Counted from the stretch's first letter, positions 27,747 to 38,677 are shown. The stretch is 64,000 nucleotides of DNA from an uncultured Lachnospiraceae bacterium (GCA_964383665.1 CAYLHO010000002.1:66544-130543), one strand, 5' to 3'. The notes: generated by a model from the sequence alone, not told the origin. Numbers and translations are program-made.

Positions 27747-27835
27747 AAAAATAGAAAAACATATATTTTTTAATTTATATTATAATATTTTTATTAAATT
27801 TATTGGAATTTTTTATACGCCATAATATGCGGCAA

Positions 27836-27842
27836 TTCGACA
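27836..27842. promoter_or_regulatory. Perfect Spo0A-box heptamer upstream of spoIIE
   Basis: TTCGACA ends 57 nt before the spoIIE ATG and 19 nt before a TAATAT -10-like hexamer. That places it over the -35 region, as in Spo0A-activated SigA promoters. Confidence 0.35.
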
Positions 27843-27898
27843 TTTTTGCGCTTTTTTATGTTAATATTTTTGATTTTTTAACGTTTAAAATTAAAAAT

Positions 27899-30205
27899 AT
27901 GAAAAAAATCAATGTAAATTTCAATAAAAAAGACGTTTTTGTTCAAATAATTAAGTATTTATTATTCTTTTTTGGATTTTATGTTTTAAGCAAAGCAAAC
28001 ATAAACGGAACAATTTTTCCATTTTCTTTTGGTTTTTTGTTTGCGCTTATGTGGTGTAATAATAACGTTTTAATTCTTTCTCCTCTTTATATTGCCGGAA
28101 CATATCTTGGAACTTTAAATTTGCTTTCGCTTTTTGGAGCAATTGGAACAGTTGTTGTTTTGTTAATTTGCTATGGGATTCATTACAAGCTTAAAAAGAG
28201 AATTCGCTATTGGCAAATTGGAATTTATGGACTTTTAAGTCAAACGGTTTTTCTTGTTTTGTCAATTCTTGAAGGTGACGTTGTTTATCCAATTCTCTCG
28301 GTTGTTTTTGGAGTCCTTTTCTGTTTTGCGTGTGTCAAAATTTTCGAAGCAATTTCAACAAAAGGTTTTGCATATAAATTCACGGTTGATGAAATTATTT
28401 GTGCGGCAGTTGTTTTGATTGCGCTTTCAAGCGGGCTTAGCGAGTTTTCTCTTGGTCGGTTCGAACTTATAAAACTTTTTGCATGTTTGCTTATTTTGGC
28501 GGTTTCAAACACATTTAATGTTTCAACATCGCTTTTTGCTGCGGGGATTATGGGGTTTGGCGCACTTCTTAACACAAGCAGCCCAATTTATCTTGCAGCG
28601 TTTGTTATTTGGGCGATGATTGCCTCGTGTTTCAAGGTTCGTAATCGAATTTTTGGAGCAGTTGCGGTTCTTCTTGTTGAAGCGGCGCTTGGTTGGTTTT
28701 TTAAATTATATTACGACTACACAATTTTCAGTTATCTTTCGGTTATTATTGCAGCGCTTGCTTATGTTGTTATTCCATCGAAAGTTTACGACGAACTTTC
28801 CGGATTTTTTGGAGCAACCGCAAGCAAAAGCGCAATGAGAAATGTTGCTAACAGAAACAGCGAAAACATCGCACGAAAACTTGGAGAACTTTCGGAAGTT
28901 TTTGGGGAAATGGACACGTCTTTTCGTGGATTTATTAAAGGGGGATTGACAAAAGAACAAGCAAAAGAAATGCTTTCAAGCGACCTTAAATCGAAAGTTT
29001 GCGCCGATTGTCCGGAAAGGAATAAGTGCCACAGGCAATATGCCGAGGAAACTAAAAAAGTTTTTGCAAGCATAGTTAACGCAGGTTTCGAGCGAGGAAA
29101 AGCAACGCTTATCGACGTTCCGCCATATCTAACAACAAGATGTAATCGCGTTAACACACTTATTTCAACAATTAACCAGTCGAGCGCACAATATAAACAA
29201 TATGCGGGGCTTATGAACAACTTTGACGCAAGCCGAACAATTGTTGCCGAACAACTTGGAGGAGTTTCAAAAATTCTTAGGAAACTTTCGCAAGATGTTC
29301 AAAAACCTGTAACGTTCGACTCGTGGAAAGAAAATAAAATTATTGAAGAACTTTCTTTTAATGATATAACCTGCAGTGACGCTGTTGTTTACGACCAAGA
29401 CAAAGAAGATCTTTGCGCAACACTTGTTGTTAAAAATGAAGATGTTGAAAACGAAAAAATTTCAACTGTTGTTTCAAAAATTTGTGGTGCAAAAATGAGT
29501 TTGGAAAATGAAAGTCCATCGGGGCGAAGCGGGTGGACTGCGCTTAATTTTAGAACCAGCCCAGTTTATAACATCGTTTTTGGAACGGCTGCAACTAAAA
29601 AGGCAACAAGCAAAGTTAGCGGCGATTCCTATTCTCTTATCAAAATTGACAACGAAAAATTTATGATGGCGCTTTGCGATGGAATGGGAAGCGGGAAAAA
29701 GGCAGAAAAAAGTTCGAACCTTGCAATGGGGCTTGTTGAAAATTTCTATCGTGCAGGGTTCGATAATGACACAATTCTTTCCTCAACAAACAAACTTCTT
29801 GCGCTAACAGGAGAGGAAATGTTTTCTGCTCTCGACCTTGCCGTTATTGACCTTCGACAAGGAATTGCAGATGTAATTAAACTTGGAGCGCCTGTTGGGC
29901 TTGTTAAACACCAAACAACAATTGACGAAATTGAAGGCAGTTCACTTCCGCTTGGGATTGTTGACGAGGCTTCTCCAAACATTAAAAAACTTGTGCTTTC
30001 GTCTGGCGATTTTGTTATTCTTGCAACCGACGGAATAACCGATTCATTTGTTTCAAACGAAGAATATGCAAATTTTGTTAACAACCTTGCGGAATCGAAT
30101 CCGCAACTTTTGGCGGAGGAAATTTTGAAAAAAGCGCTTGACAATTGTGGCGGGTCGGCTGTTGATGATATGACAATTATTGTTTCAAAAATATTTAAAA
30201 ATTAA
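27899..30205 (+). CDS. spoIIE: Stage II sporulation protein E (membrane PP2C phosphatase)
   Basis: About 320 aa of polytopic membrane region, then a PP2C domain (VSGDSY, LCDGMGSGKKA, ILATDGITD, DDMTIIV). Start chosen at the ATG at 27899; the ORF-track start at 27803 is possible. Confidence 0.88.
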   Translation: MKKINVNFNKKDVFVQIIKYLLFFFGFYVLSKANINGTIFPFSFGFLFALMWCNNNVLILSPLYIAGTYLGTLNLLSLFGAIGTVVVLLICYGIHYKLKKRIRYWQIGIYGLLSQTVFLVLSILEGDVVYPILSVVFGVLFCFACVKIFEAISTKGFAYKFTVDEIICAAVVLIALSSGLSEFSLGRFELIKLFACLLILAVSNTFNVSTSLFAAGIMGFGALLNTSSPIYLAAFVIWAMIASCFKVRNRIFGAVAVLLVEAALGWFFKLYYDYTIFSYLSVIIAALAYVVIPSKVYDELSGFFGATASKSAMRNVANRNSENIARKLGELSEVFGEMDTSFRGFIKGGLTKEQAKEMLSSDLKSKVCADCPERNKCHRQYAEETKKVFASIVNAGFERGKATLIDVPPYLTTRCNRVNTLISTINQSSAQYKQYAGLMNNFDASRTIVAEQLGGVSKILRKLSQDVQKPVTFDSWKENKIIEELSFNDITCSDAVVYDQDKEDLCATLVVKNEDVENEKISTVVSKICGAKMSLENESPSGRSGWTALNFRTSPVYNIVFGTAATKKATSKVSGDSYSLIKIDNEKFMMALCDGMGSGKKAEKSSNLAMGLVENFYRAGFDNDTILSSTNKLLALTGEEMFSALDLAVIDLRQGIADVIKLGAPVGLVKHQTTIDEIEGSSLPLGIVDEASPNIKKLVLSSGDFVILATDGITDSFVSNEEYANFVNNLAESNPQLLAEEILKKALDNCGGSAVDDMTIIVSKIFKN

Positions 30206-30407
30206 TTAATTTTCAAAAATTTAAAAAAATAAATAAAAAATTGCAAAAAAAATTAACTTTTTAATAAAAAATATTAAATTTTTAGTTTTTAAATGCAGTT
30301 TTTTATTTTATGTTTTTAATTAAATTATGTTTAAATTTCACATAAAAATTTATTTTTTATTTAAGATATATATAATTAAAATATTCTTAAATATTTTATG
30401 CAATCAT
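30206..30407. other. Extreme AT tract (about 200 bp, only about 15 G/C by my count)
   Basis: Runs of A5-8 and T5-8 between the spoIIE stop and the promoter of the giant gene. It stands out even against this AT-rich genome. Confidence 0.8.
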
Positions 30408-30437
30408 TTGGCAAATTTTGGCGAATTGTGTTAAAAT
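30408..30437 (+). promoter_or_regulatory. Candidate SigA-type promoter of the giant surface-protein gene
   Basis: TTGGCA (30408-30413), 18-nt spacer ending in TGt, TAAAAT (30432-30437). The GGGGGA RBS and ATG at 30469 follow. Confidence 0.4.
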
Positions 30438-30468
30438 CAAAATGATAACTTTAACAGATGGGGGATTT

Positions 30469-33400
30469 ATGAACACATCATCAAAAACAAGAAACACATT
30501 TATCGCAATAATTCTTTCAGCGGTGCTTATGTTGGGCGCGCTTTTTTTGGGTATTTTTTTGCCAAAAGCTCCAACTGTTTCTGCTGATGAATATAACTAT
30601 GGCGAATTTAATGAGGCGGGATATTATTCTCTTAACGGGGTAACTTTTTATGGAATTAAAATTAAGAACGTTGAAAACTCGTTAAAGGAAGGCGCTTATT
30701 GGCCATCATACGAAATTGTTAAAGAAGACGGCAAGCCAGTTGTTATTAAATTTGGCGAAACAGCTCTTTTGAAAGAAGATGAGGCAATTTTGCTTTGTTT
30801 CGCACGTCAAACAGATGACGAAAGTGGATTTGTTAAAGACTCAACCGGCGGAATAATTTCCAAACCAATCGACTATTTAAGCGCAACTGTTAAAGTTAAT
30901 GGAGATGATAAAGCGAATGCGTTGGAAAACAGCATTTCAACAGCAGGCGATGAAACATACATTAAAGAACTGGGGTATATAATTGACCCAAACAACTGCA
31001 TTTCAGAAAGCGGAAAACTTGGTGTTAACAGTGGCAATGAGGGGCTTGTTGAGTTTTCAACAAAAGAATATGAACTTGAAGGAACTCTTCAAAATTTCAG
31101 TTTTATGTTTTATGTGTTTAAGGAATCAACCTATCGCAGAACTGAAACAACGAACACGTCAACAGATTTTGTTCGCCCAAATGCATTAATTACCGCAACT
31201 AATCAAGTTTCCGATCCAACAACAGTTGAAGACTACTATTCAGAATATTTTTTCTATTTCAAAGATCAAAACTTGCCATATTTAACTTTTGACCCAACAA
31301 GATTTGAAGTTTCAATTGAAAAAACAGTCCACAGAACTTCAACAACCTACACTTTTGCATACGACAAAACGGCAACAAGCGGGAAAGAAACAATTGTTAA
31401 TCAAAAAATAACAAAAGTTGCAAAAGAAGTTGGCGGAAAGAAAATTCTTCAAACAATAACTCAATCGCTTTCAACAATGGACATTTATGCAAGAACGCTT
31501 CGCGTTGTTGAAGATATTAACGGAGCAGGAGCGCCAACTGGGAAAATCAGAATTTATTTTGAAGATCTTGGCGAATATAAAATAACTTACACCGCGGTTT
31601 ATCATAATGGCAGCGGCGAAAAAATTGTTTTAGAGAACCTTAATGAAGGCGGGAAAGCCGACAAACTTTCTGTTTTTGGAACGGAACTTACATATCAAGA
31701 TTATGACAAGGGGCAATCACCATTCCGAAACGAGGACAACACTTTCTTTGCAGACTTAACTGGGATATTAACAATTGACGGAGCGGGGGAAAATTCTTTT
31801 TCAAAAGAAGCAGAAACAGGCGCTTGGAAATTGAATCTTTCAAGCGATGTTAGAGTTGCCTCAACAAATCAACCTCCAATCAAACTTATGTTTAATTCAG
31901 TTGTAAGCGATTTTAAGGTTTACTATTCAAGTTCGATTGATGGAGAATTTAAACTTCAAGATGGATATGGCTATACATCAATTCTTGAAAAACCAGGTTA
32001 CTATGTTGTTACTGTACAATCCAAATATGATTCATATAAAACATGGGTTGGAGCAACAAAAACGGCAAGAACCGAAGAGCAAGTTGTTGAACAAGTTTAT
32101 GTTTTTCAAATTAAGCAACAAACATCAAATCTTCAACTTTATATCCTTGGGAACGATGGCGAGATTGTTCCAGAGGAAAACCGCGAAAGAATTTATGCCG
32201 ACAACTATGTTAAAAACGGTGTTCAAATTATCGAATTTGAAAAGGCAAATGAATTCGATTCTCAAATTTACTTTGAAATAACCAAGAAGGGGTACACTCA
32301 AACCGCAGCGGGAGTTCAAACAATAACTTTGCCAAATGAAAGCGCAAGCGAACTTTCAGACGAAACAAAGCAATGGCTATTGTCGTATGGAATTGAAAAG
32401 TTTGATGGGTATTATGTTTTAAAACCACGCAATAATGTTGAAGTTGACGGTGTTTACACTCTTTCTCTTAAGTTTGGGAAAAACGGGAAAGAAACAATAT
32501 CTTTCAAACTTGACACGGAAAAAATTAACGGAATTGTTTCCTATTCTGCAACTGAAACAACAGGAACGCAATATTTCAGCACAAGAACTCTTATTGGAAA
32601 AGAAGGGCAAATTGGGTTGACAAACATGCCTTTCACTCTTCTTTGGAGCAATAAACAAAGCGGCGCGAAAATAACTGCCAAGTTTGTTCGTTTCACTCTT
32701 GATTCAAGACTTTTCAGTGCAAACGATTCCGATTACATTCTCAACACAACTTGGCTTGCTTCTGACTATGCAATTTCACTTTCAGAAAGTAATCCAGAAA
32801 CAATCTATGAAAAAGCAGAAAGCAAAGATAAAGTTACTGCTAAATCTGTTTTAAGCTTGAGCGGGCTGTATATTTTCCAACTTGAAGATGAGGCGGGGAA
32901 TTTAGCATATTATTCAGTTATTGTTGATAACTCAACATCAACAGTTTTGCAAAAGCCAACAAGCTCGTCAGATTCTTTCAAAAAAATTAACGGCGTTAAC
33001 AACGTTTCGGAAGCAACAACAATTTTCTTCGGTTCGCATAAGGCAATTCAACTTATTCAAATTGTTAAAAACGGAACTTCAAGCACGGTTGAATCTGTTA
33101 CAACAAGTTCTTCGGTTCTTGGAGGAAGCGAATCAGAGCTTACAGCGGCTCAAAAATATTTAAAAGCGCTTTTTGAAAATCTTTCATCCTACGATAAAAA
33201 TGGGATAATTTCAACAAGCGAAGGAAAGCTTTTTGTTGCTGTTCCAATTAAATCTGTCTATTCAAAAACAGGAAGCACAATTGTTCAACTTCCAGACGAC
33301 GTAATTGCTCAAGGATATTACAACATTGAAGCGCCATTGAATGAAAACAACAGACTTCAAGATTTAACATACTATTTCCAAATTTATGACGAATCGAACT

Positions 33401-36400
33401 TGTCGAAAAACGCACCAACAACTTCTTATGTTGTTCGCTTTAACACCGACGCAACTGGACTTTTAATCTATACAGAAAGTGGAAAGGTTGATGAATCTTT
33501 GGTTGACAGCGTTAATTCGAAAACTTCCGATGACTATTCCGAAAGAGTTAAATATTTCAAGGCAACAAATGGGCTTAAAGTATATTTAACATGGGACAAC
33601 TTAATGCCAATTGATGAACTTGGGGCATATGTTGATGTAAGTCGTGATGGACTTGTTTGCGATTTCTATCCGCTTGTTTATAACCATTCAACCCACACAT
33701 ATGAATATGGGGCGGAGGCAACCAGAATTGGGCTTGGGTTCGACTCGTTCTCCGATGATCAACTTCAAAGCGGCTATGATGCAACATTGCCTGTTGAAAT
33801 TCCACTTAACGTTATAAACGGGCAAACACAACCGGGGAAATATGTTATAACGAGAAAATATTCCCCAGCGCATGGCGCAGCAACTCTTGGCGATCTTGGA
33901 AGCGATTTTGAGACAATTCAAATTGTTTTCTTTGTTGACAGAAATGATATAATTTCGCCAGAAAATGTTGATGGCGAGCGCGTTGGGTTCTACTCATACA
34001 TAACAACGTTTGATGGCGGAGATGTTCTTAAAAAAGAGTTCTTTAATGAATTATACCGACAATCGCAAGGCTCAAACAACTACGTTATCCAAACAAATCA
34101 ACTTCCAATTGGTTTCTATATTCCTGTTGCAAAATATGGAACGGTTAATCAACTTTCTAACGGAATTTTAGGAAATGTTCTTCAACTTGATGAAGTTCAA
34201 CAAACAAGCATTTCAAATGTTAAATTTACCGATTCTGTTAAGTTTAATGGGCTTGATGTTAACCAACAACTTGGACTTACATCAACATATTCACCTTTTG
34301 AACTTACTGTTGTTTTAGTTTCTCCTGAAATTCAAATTAAAGACGGAAACGAGGAGAATGTTTATTACTACTATTCCTTAAACAAAAATGGATATTACAT
34401 GCTTTCGGGCTATTCAATTGGTGAACTTGGTCTTTCGGAAACACCAACTCCAATTATGAATGCACAAGCATTTTTAAACGGTTCTGCGCTTGGTTCGCAA
34501 TATGTAACAGGGAACTATGAACTCAGAATTGGTTGCATTTCAAACGATAAAACAAACACATTTGAACAAAATTTCAAGGTTATAGTTAATGTTTATGCGA
34601 ATGGACCAGACTATGAATTGGACGCAGAATATTCTGACCTTGAGAACATGGAAAGCAAGGATATTGTTTCTCAAAATGGAAAAGATTTTTGGACAAACAC
34701 CAACGAAATTAGAATTTCTTGGAGTAAAACTTCAAATGAATATTTAACAGCAATTGACATTGCTCAAATCTCTTATACCTATGCAATTGGAACGTCAAGA
34801 ACAATTGTTCCAAACGTTAGCAACGCAGAAGGGATTTTGCTTGTTAATGGCGATGAAAAAACCTTCTTCTTTAGTGGAGAGCTAATTACGCCGCTCTTTG
34901 ATGAAGGCGAAAATAAATATTATTTGTTGAATGGCGACGAAAAGGCTTATTTCTCGTTCCCAATTGTTATAACCCAAAGCGGCAACACATTCAATTTTGT
35001 TGCAACCTTCCCAGCAGAAGCAACAAACTTAACAATTGACATGAGCTTTGAAGGCTACAGCACCGACACTCTTAAATTCTATCGCCCATATTATCCAAAT
35101 GCGCTCTATAAAGAAACGAAAAATGTCTATTTCGACCGCATCGCTCCTGTTGGGTCGATTGCAGAACTTAAAAATGGAGATAAAACAATTGAGGGTGTTG
35201 CAGAAAGCTTTTTAAGAGAATCTTCCGATTCCCGTTATTCAAAATCTGCAACAAACGGAATGTTTGCTTATTACACATATAAGGTTAATAAAAACTATCT
35301 TATATCCTTATCTCAATTGATTGAAACAAACCCATTAACAGAAACTAAAACTTTCTACTTCCGTTCTTTCAACGGGAAATACACAAGTTCGGCATTTAAG
35401 GAAACTGGTTTAGGCTTCGACAAAACCTCAAGAGGCGATAACCTTTTCAGTGAGTACTTTGCAGAAGGAAATGGCTGGACAAAGGTTTCAAGCGCTCTCG
35501 GTGATGAAACATTAATTCCAGAAGGCTACTATGAAATTGTTGAACTCGACTATGCTGGAAACGCAACAATCTATTCAATTTACATTGGCGAAACAAGAGA
35601 AATTGAAATCAATGTTGACAGAAAGATTAAGGAAATTGAACAGGGAAAGGTTTTAATTTCAAAACAAGTTGACGAAAACCTTGTTGAAACAATTAACGCA
35701 GAAGTTACATTTGGAGATTTATCTCAACTTTTCAAGGGAATAACAAATGAACCTGCAATTGTTAGCAGCTATGATTTCTTGAAATTAAACTGGATTTCAT
35801 TCAATAGCGAAAATCCTTATGCTTATTTAAAACTTGTTATCGACCAGGTTGTTTATTTCTTGACTCCAGACAACATGGAAAACGATGGCGAAAAACTTGT
35901 TTACACAAGCGCATACACAATTCTTGGCGAGAAAGTAAGTTTAAAGGATATAACAATTTCTGGTGAGGGAACTTCCCACACAATTTCATTTGTTGACACG
36001 ATCAATGTTGTTAACAATTTACCATCAATATATAATGTTGAAGCAAAGGTTTCTTCTTCATCTGCGAGGTTAACCGACAACGGCGGAGCACTTGTTGTTT
36101 CCGATCCAAGCGGAATTGTTGATTCCCAAGGAAATCCAATTTCGTCAACTTTGGCGCTTATGATAACAACACCGCTTAACCCAGCGTTGTTTGTTAACGA
36201 AGATGCAATCAGAATTTTCAAAATTGCCTCAGACGGGAAGATTGTTCAATATCGAGTTGGAGATGCAGAAAATCCAATCTACATTTTTGAAAACGTTTTG
36301 GCAACAAGCAAAATAACATATTACTATATTAAAGCAGAAAACGATTTCTTAACTTCAACTTTCTATGTTCTTTACAAAGATAACTTTGATAACGAATATA

Positions 36401-38643
36401 AAGACCTTGTTGAATATAAAGCGGCAAGTTTCAATCGTTTTGAAGGAGATATGGACATAACTCCAGATTCTCAATTTAAGAACGAAATTTTGGTTTCAGG
36501 ACCAGTTGCTGTTAACATTTCAAACATCTATCAAGTTCTTTTAACGAATGAAAAAGGCGGAAGTGTTGCAGGGAAGTTTAATAAAATCGACAGCCTTCTT
36601 CTTGGTGGGGCATACACGCAATATCAACTTTTTGCTCCGTCATCAACCTCGTCAGCTTTCACAGGCGGCAAAACAACATTCAAAATTGATCTTAAATATA
36701 ACATTCCAGATGAAATTTCAGATGCAATTGCAGGATTATATTCTGCCGACGAAAACGGGGTTATTGAAACAATTTATGTAACAATCTTCAATCAAATGCC
36801 GGTTATTAAGGCAACCGACTTGAATGGGGAGGACATTTCAGATGCGCTTTTCGGAAAAGAAATTAACCAAAGCGATTCAATAACTCTTTCATTCCTTAAC
36901 GGAAACGAAATTTCTGAAGCCCTTGGCTACACAACAAAGGTTTTCCTTAAAAAACGTGGAACAGAAGAAGATTATGTTCAAATAACTTCGCCATATGTTG
37001 TTAGTGAGCCAGGTGTTTACGATTTGTATATGCAAAACTTTGACAGTGATGGAAACCCTCTTTCCTATGTTGTTTCAAAAGATTTTGTCATTTCTGATCT
37101 TGATGTTATGTTCTATACTGTTGTTAAAACAAATTCATATGGTAATCAAGAAATTGTTTCTCCAACAGGAAAAGTTCTTGAATATGAGAAAGGGAAATTT
37201 GCTTCCTATCACTACATTGTTAACACAAATCAGTTTGATGTTATAACAAATGGTGCGCATGTTTCCAAAAAGCTTATCTTCAGTTCAAGCAACTTGTTTG
37301 TTTATGAGGTTGCAAGCACTTCGGGAACAATTTATAAAGCAACAATTGCGGTTAGCGTTGTTGACCAAACAAATGACATTCTTGCTTCAAATCCATTTAT
37401 TTGGTTCTTGGGAACAACCTATAGCGTTCCTTCGGAAAACAACTATATTCGCTCAACAACAAAAGAAATCTATCTTTGCGCTGATGACATTTATGACCAA
37501 ATAAGTTTGCGTTGGGCATCATATTTTGGGATTGCTGAAAATCAAATAACATGTTATGTCTCTCAAGATGAGGGGAAAACATGGTTCAAAGCAGATGCTG
37601 TTTCGGAAAGCGGAGCATCAACAATTGTAATTTCAAAATCGTCCAGTTATCTTTTCCGTTTCGAAGATAAGGCAGGAAACATTCAATTGTTCTCTTCCCC
37701 ATCAGGTTTCCCAAGCGAAACAACAAAAGTTAACTTCATTAGAAGCGTTATAATTAATGTTAACGGAGGGGCTGCAATCGACAACGCTGTTTATAATGAA
37801 AGCGTTACGATAACAATTCCAGTTAGCACAACACGCTTCTATTCAACAACACCAATAATTTCTGTTTTAAGAAACAATGAAATCTATAATGTTTCATCAA
37901 ATGGAAATGGCGAGTACATTTTCAACGAAACAGGAACATATAAAGTTGTTTTTTCTGCAAAAGTTGAAGGGGGAACAAAAGATTTGAATGAAGATGTTTT
38001 AACCTTCACAATTATCAATAAAAACGATTCTCGTTGGGCGTTTAACTATGTTAACTACAATAACTATACAATTTCCTCAATTAAATTTAATGGCGAGGAG
38101 TTGACCGATGTTTTCAAAAACAGAATTCTTGAAATTGAAAACGAAATCAATCTTTCGGCGTTCGACGTTGATTCTGTTGGAAACAGATGGTTTGATAATG
38201 GCGTTTACACGATAACCCTTCTTGCTTCCGACTCAACAGGAACGCAAACAATTGAATTTAGTTTCTGGCTTAACAATTCTTCTGTTCCAATGAGTGTTTC
38301 TCTTAAAGAAGGCGAATCAACAACCGGAACTGTTACAATTGAATATAACAAAGGCAACTTATTTGAAATATTGGGCGATTGTTACATTCAAATTGACAGC
38401 AGAGTTATCGACACAATCGACAGCTCAAGCAGTTTTGAAAGCGCGCTATATAAACTTAACAGTTTTGGTTCTCACTACATTCAAGTTTACACAAGCAGCG
38501 GGAAACTTGTTTACTCCTATCATGTTGAAATAACAGAACCCCTTAACACAATTTCAATCATATTAATTGTTGTTTCGTGTGTTCTTGTTGTTGCCGGGCT
38601 TTTAATCTTCTTCCTTTTAAGAAAGAGAATGCAAGTTCGTTAA
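30469..38643 (+). CDS. Giant secreted, C-terminally membrane-anchored surface protein (2,724 aa), function unknown
   Basis: Uninterrupted 8.2-kb ORF. N-terminal signal/anchor IAIILSAVLMLGALFLGIFLPKAPTVSA-DEY. C-terminal hydrophobic helix plus basic tail (ISIILIVVSCVLVVAGLLIFFLLRKRMQVR) without LPXTG. Recurrent G-x-Y-x-[IV] and D-x-AGN beta-sandwich-like motifs. Confidence 0.85.
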   Translation: MNTSSKTRNTFIAIILSAVLMLGALFLGIFLPKAPTVSADEYNYGEFNEAGYYSLNGVTFYGIKIKNVENSLKEGAYWPSYEIVKEDGKPVVIKFGETALLKEDEAILLCFARQTDDESGFVKDSTGGIISKPIDYLSATVKVNGDDKANALENSISTAGDETYIKELGYIIDPNNCISESGKLGVNSGNEGLVEFSTKEYELEGTLQNFSFMFYVFKESTYRRTETTNTSTDFVRPNALITATNQVSDPTTVEDYYSEYFFYFKDQNLPYLTFDPTRFEVSIEKTVHRTSTTYTFAYDKTATSGKETIVNQKITKVAKEVGGKKILQTITQSLSTMDIYARTLRVVEDINGAGAPTGKIRIYFEDLGEYKITYTAVYHNGSGEKIVLENLNEGGKADKLSVFGTELTYQDYDKGQSPFRNEDNTFFADLTGILTIDGAGENSFSKEAETGAWKLNLSSDVRVASTNQPPIKLMFNSVVSDFKVYYSSSIDGEFKLQDGYGYTSILEKPGYYVVTVQSKYDSYKTWVGATKTARTEEQVVEQVYVFQIKQQTSNLQLYILGNDGEIVPEENRERIYADNYVKNGVQIIEFEKANEFDSQIYFEITKKGYTQTAAGVQTITLPNESASELSDETKQWLLSYGIEKFDGYYVLKPRNNVEVDGVYTLSLKFGKNGKETISFKLDTEKINGIVSYSATETTGTQYFSTRTLIGKEGQIGLTNMPFTLLWSNKQSGAKITAKFVRFTLDSRLFSANDSDYILNTTWLASDYAISLSESNPETIYEKAESKDKVTAKSVLSLSGLYIFQLEDEAGNLAYYSVIVDNSTSTVLQKPTSSSDSFKKINGVNNVSEATTIFFGSHKAIQLIQIVKNGTSSTVESVTTSSSVLGGSESELTAAQKYLKALFENLSSYDKNGIISTSEGKLFVAVPIKSVYSKTGSTIVQLPDDVIAQGYYNIEAPLNENNRLQDLTYYFQIYDESNLSKNAPTTSYVVRFNTDATGLLIYTESGKVDESLVDSVNSKTSDDYSERVKYFKATNGLKVYLTWDNLMPIDELGAYVDVSRDGLVCDFYPLVYNHSTHTYEYGAEATRIGLGFDSFSDDQLQSGYDATLPVEIPLNVINGQTQPGKYVITRKYSPAHGAATLGDLGSDFETIQIVFFVDRNDIISPENVDGERVGFYSYITTFDGGDVLKKEFFNELYRQSQGSNNYVIQTNQLPIGFYIPVAKYGTVNQLSNGILGNVLQLDEVQQTSISNVKFTDSVKFNGLDVNQQLGLTSTYSPFELTVVLVSPEIQIKDGNEENVYYYYSLNKNGYYMLSGYSIGELGLSETPTPIMNAQAFLNGSALGSQYVTGNYELRIGCISNDKTNTFEQNFKVIVNVYANGPDYELDAEYSDLENMESKDIVSQNGKDFWTNTNEIRISWSKTSNEYLTAIDIAQISYTYAIGTSRTIVPNVSNAEGILLVNGDEKTFFFSGELITPLFDEGENKYYLLNGDEKAYFSFPIVITQSGNTFNFVATFPAEATNLTIDMSFEGYSTDTLKFYRPYYPNALYKETKNVYFDRIAPVGSIAELKNGDKTIEGVAESFLRESSDSRYSKSATNGMFAYYTYKVNKNYLISLSQLIETNPLTETKTFYFRSFNGKYTSSAFKETGLGFDKTSRGDNLFSEYFAEGNGWTKVSSALGDETLIPEGYYEIVELDYAGNATIYSIYIGETREIEINVDRKIKEIEQGKVLISKQVDENLVETINAEVTFGDLSQLFKGITNEPAIVSSYDFLKLNWISFNSENPYAYLKLVIDQVVYFLTPDNMENDGEKLVYTSAYTILGEKVSLKDITISGEGTSHTISFVDTINVVNNLPSIYNVEAKVSSSSARLTDNGGALVVSDPSGIVDSQGNPISSTLALMITTPLNPALFVNEDAIRIFKIASDGKIVQYRVGDAENPIYIFENVLATSKITYYYIKAENDFLTSTFYVLYKDNFDNEYKDLVEYKAASFNRFEGDMDITPDSQFKNEILVSGPVAVNISNIYQVLLTNEKGGSVAGKFNKIDSLLLGGAYTQYQLFAPSSTSSAFTGGKTTFKIDLKYNIPDEISDAIAGLYSADENGVIETIYVTIFNQMPVIKATDLNGEDISDALFGKEINQSDSITLSFLNGNEISEALGYTTKVFLKKRGTEEDYVQITSPYVVSEPGVYDLYMQNFDSDGNPLSYVVSKDFVISDLDVMFYTVVKTNSYGNQEIVSPTGKVLEYEKGKFASYHYIVNTNQFDVITNGAHVSKKLIFSSSNLFVYEVASTSGTIYKATIAVSVVDQTNDILASNPFIWFLGTTYSVPSENNYIRSTTKEIYLCADDIYDQISLRWASYFGIAENQITCYVSQDEGKTWFKADAVSESGASTIVISKSSSYLFRFEDKAGNIQLFSSPSGFPSETTKVNFIRSVIINVNGGAAIDNAVYNESVTITIPVSTTRFYSTTPIISVLRNNEIYNVSSNGNGEYIFNETGTYKVVFSAKVEGGTKDLNEDVLTFTIINKNDSRWAFNYVNYNNYTISSIKFNGEELTDVFKNRILEIENEINLSAFDVDSVGNRWFDNGVYTITLLASDSTGTQTIEFSFWLNNSSVPMSVSLKEGESTTGTVTIEYNKGNLFEILGDCYIQIDSRVIDTIDSSSSFESALYKLNSFGSHYIQVYTSSGKLVYSYHVEITEPLNTISIILIVVSCVLVVAGLLIFFLLRKRMQVR

Positions 38644-38652
38644 AACAAAAAA

Positions 38653-38677
38653 ACAGCCAATAATGGCTGTTTTTTTG
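38653..38677 (+). terminator. Rho-independent terminator after the giant gene
   Basis: ACAGCCA ataa TGGCTGT followed by TTTTTT. Confidence 0.85.
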
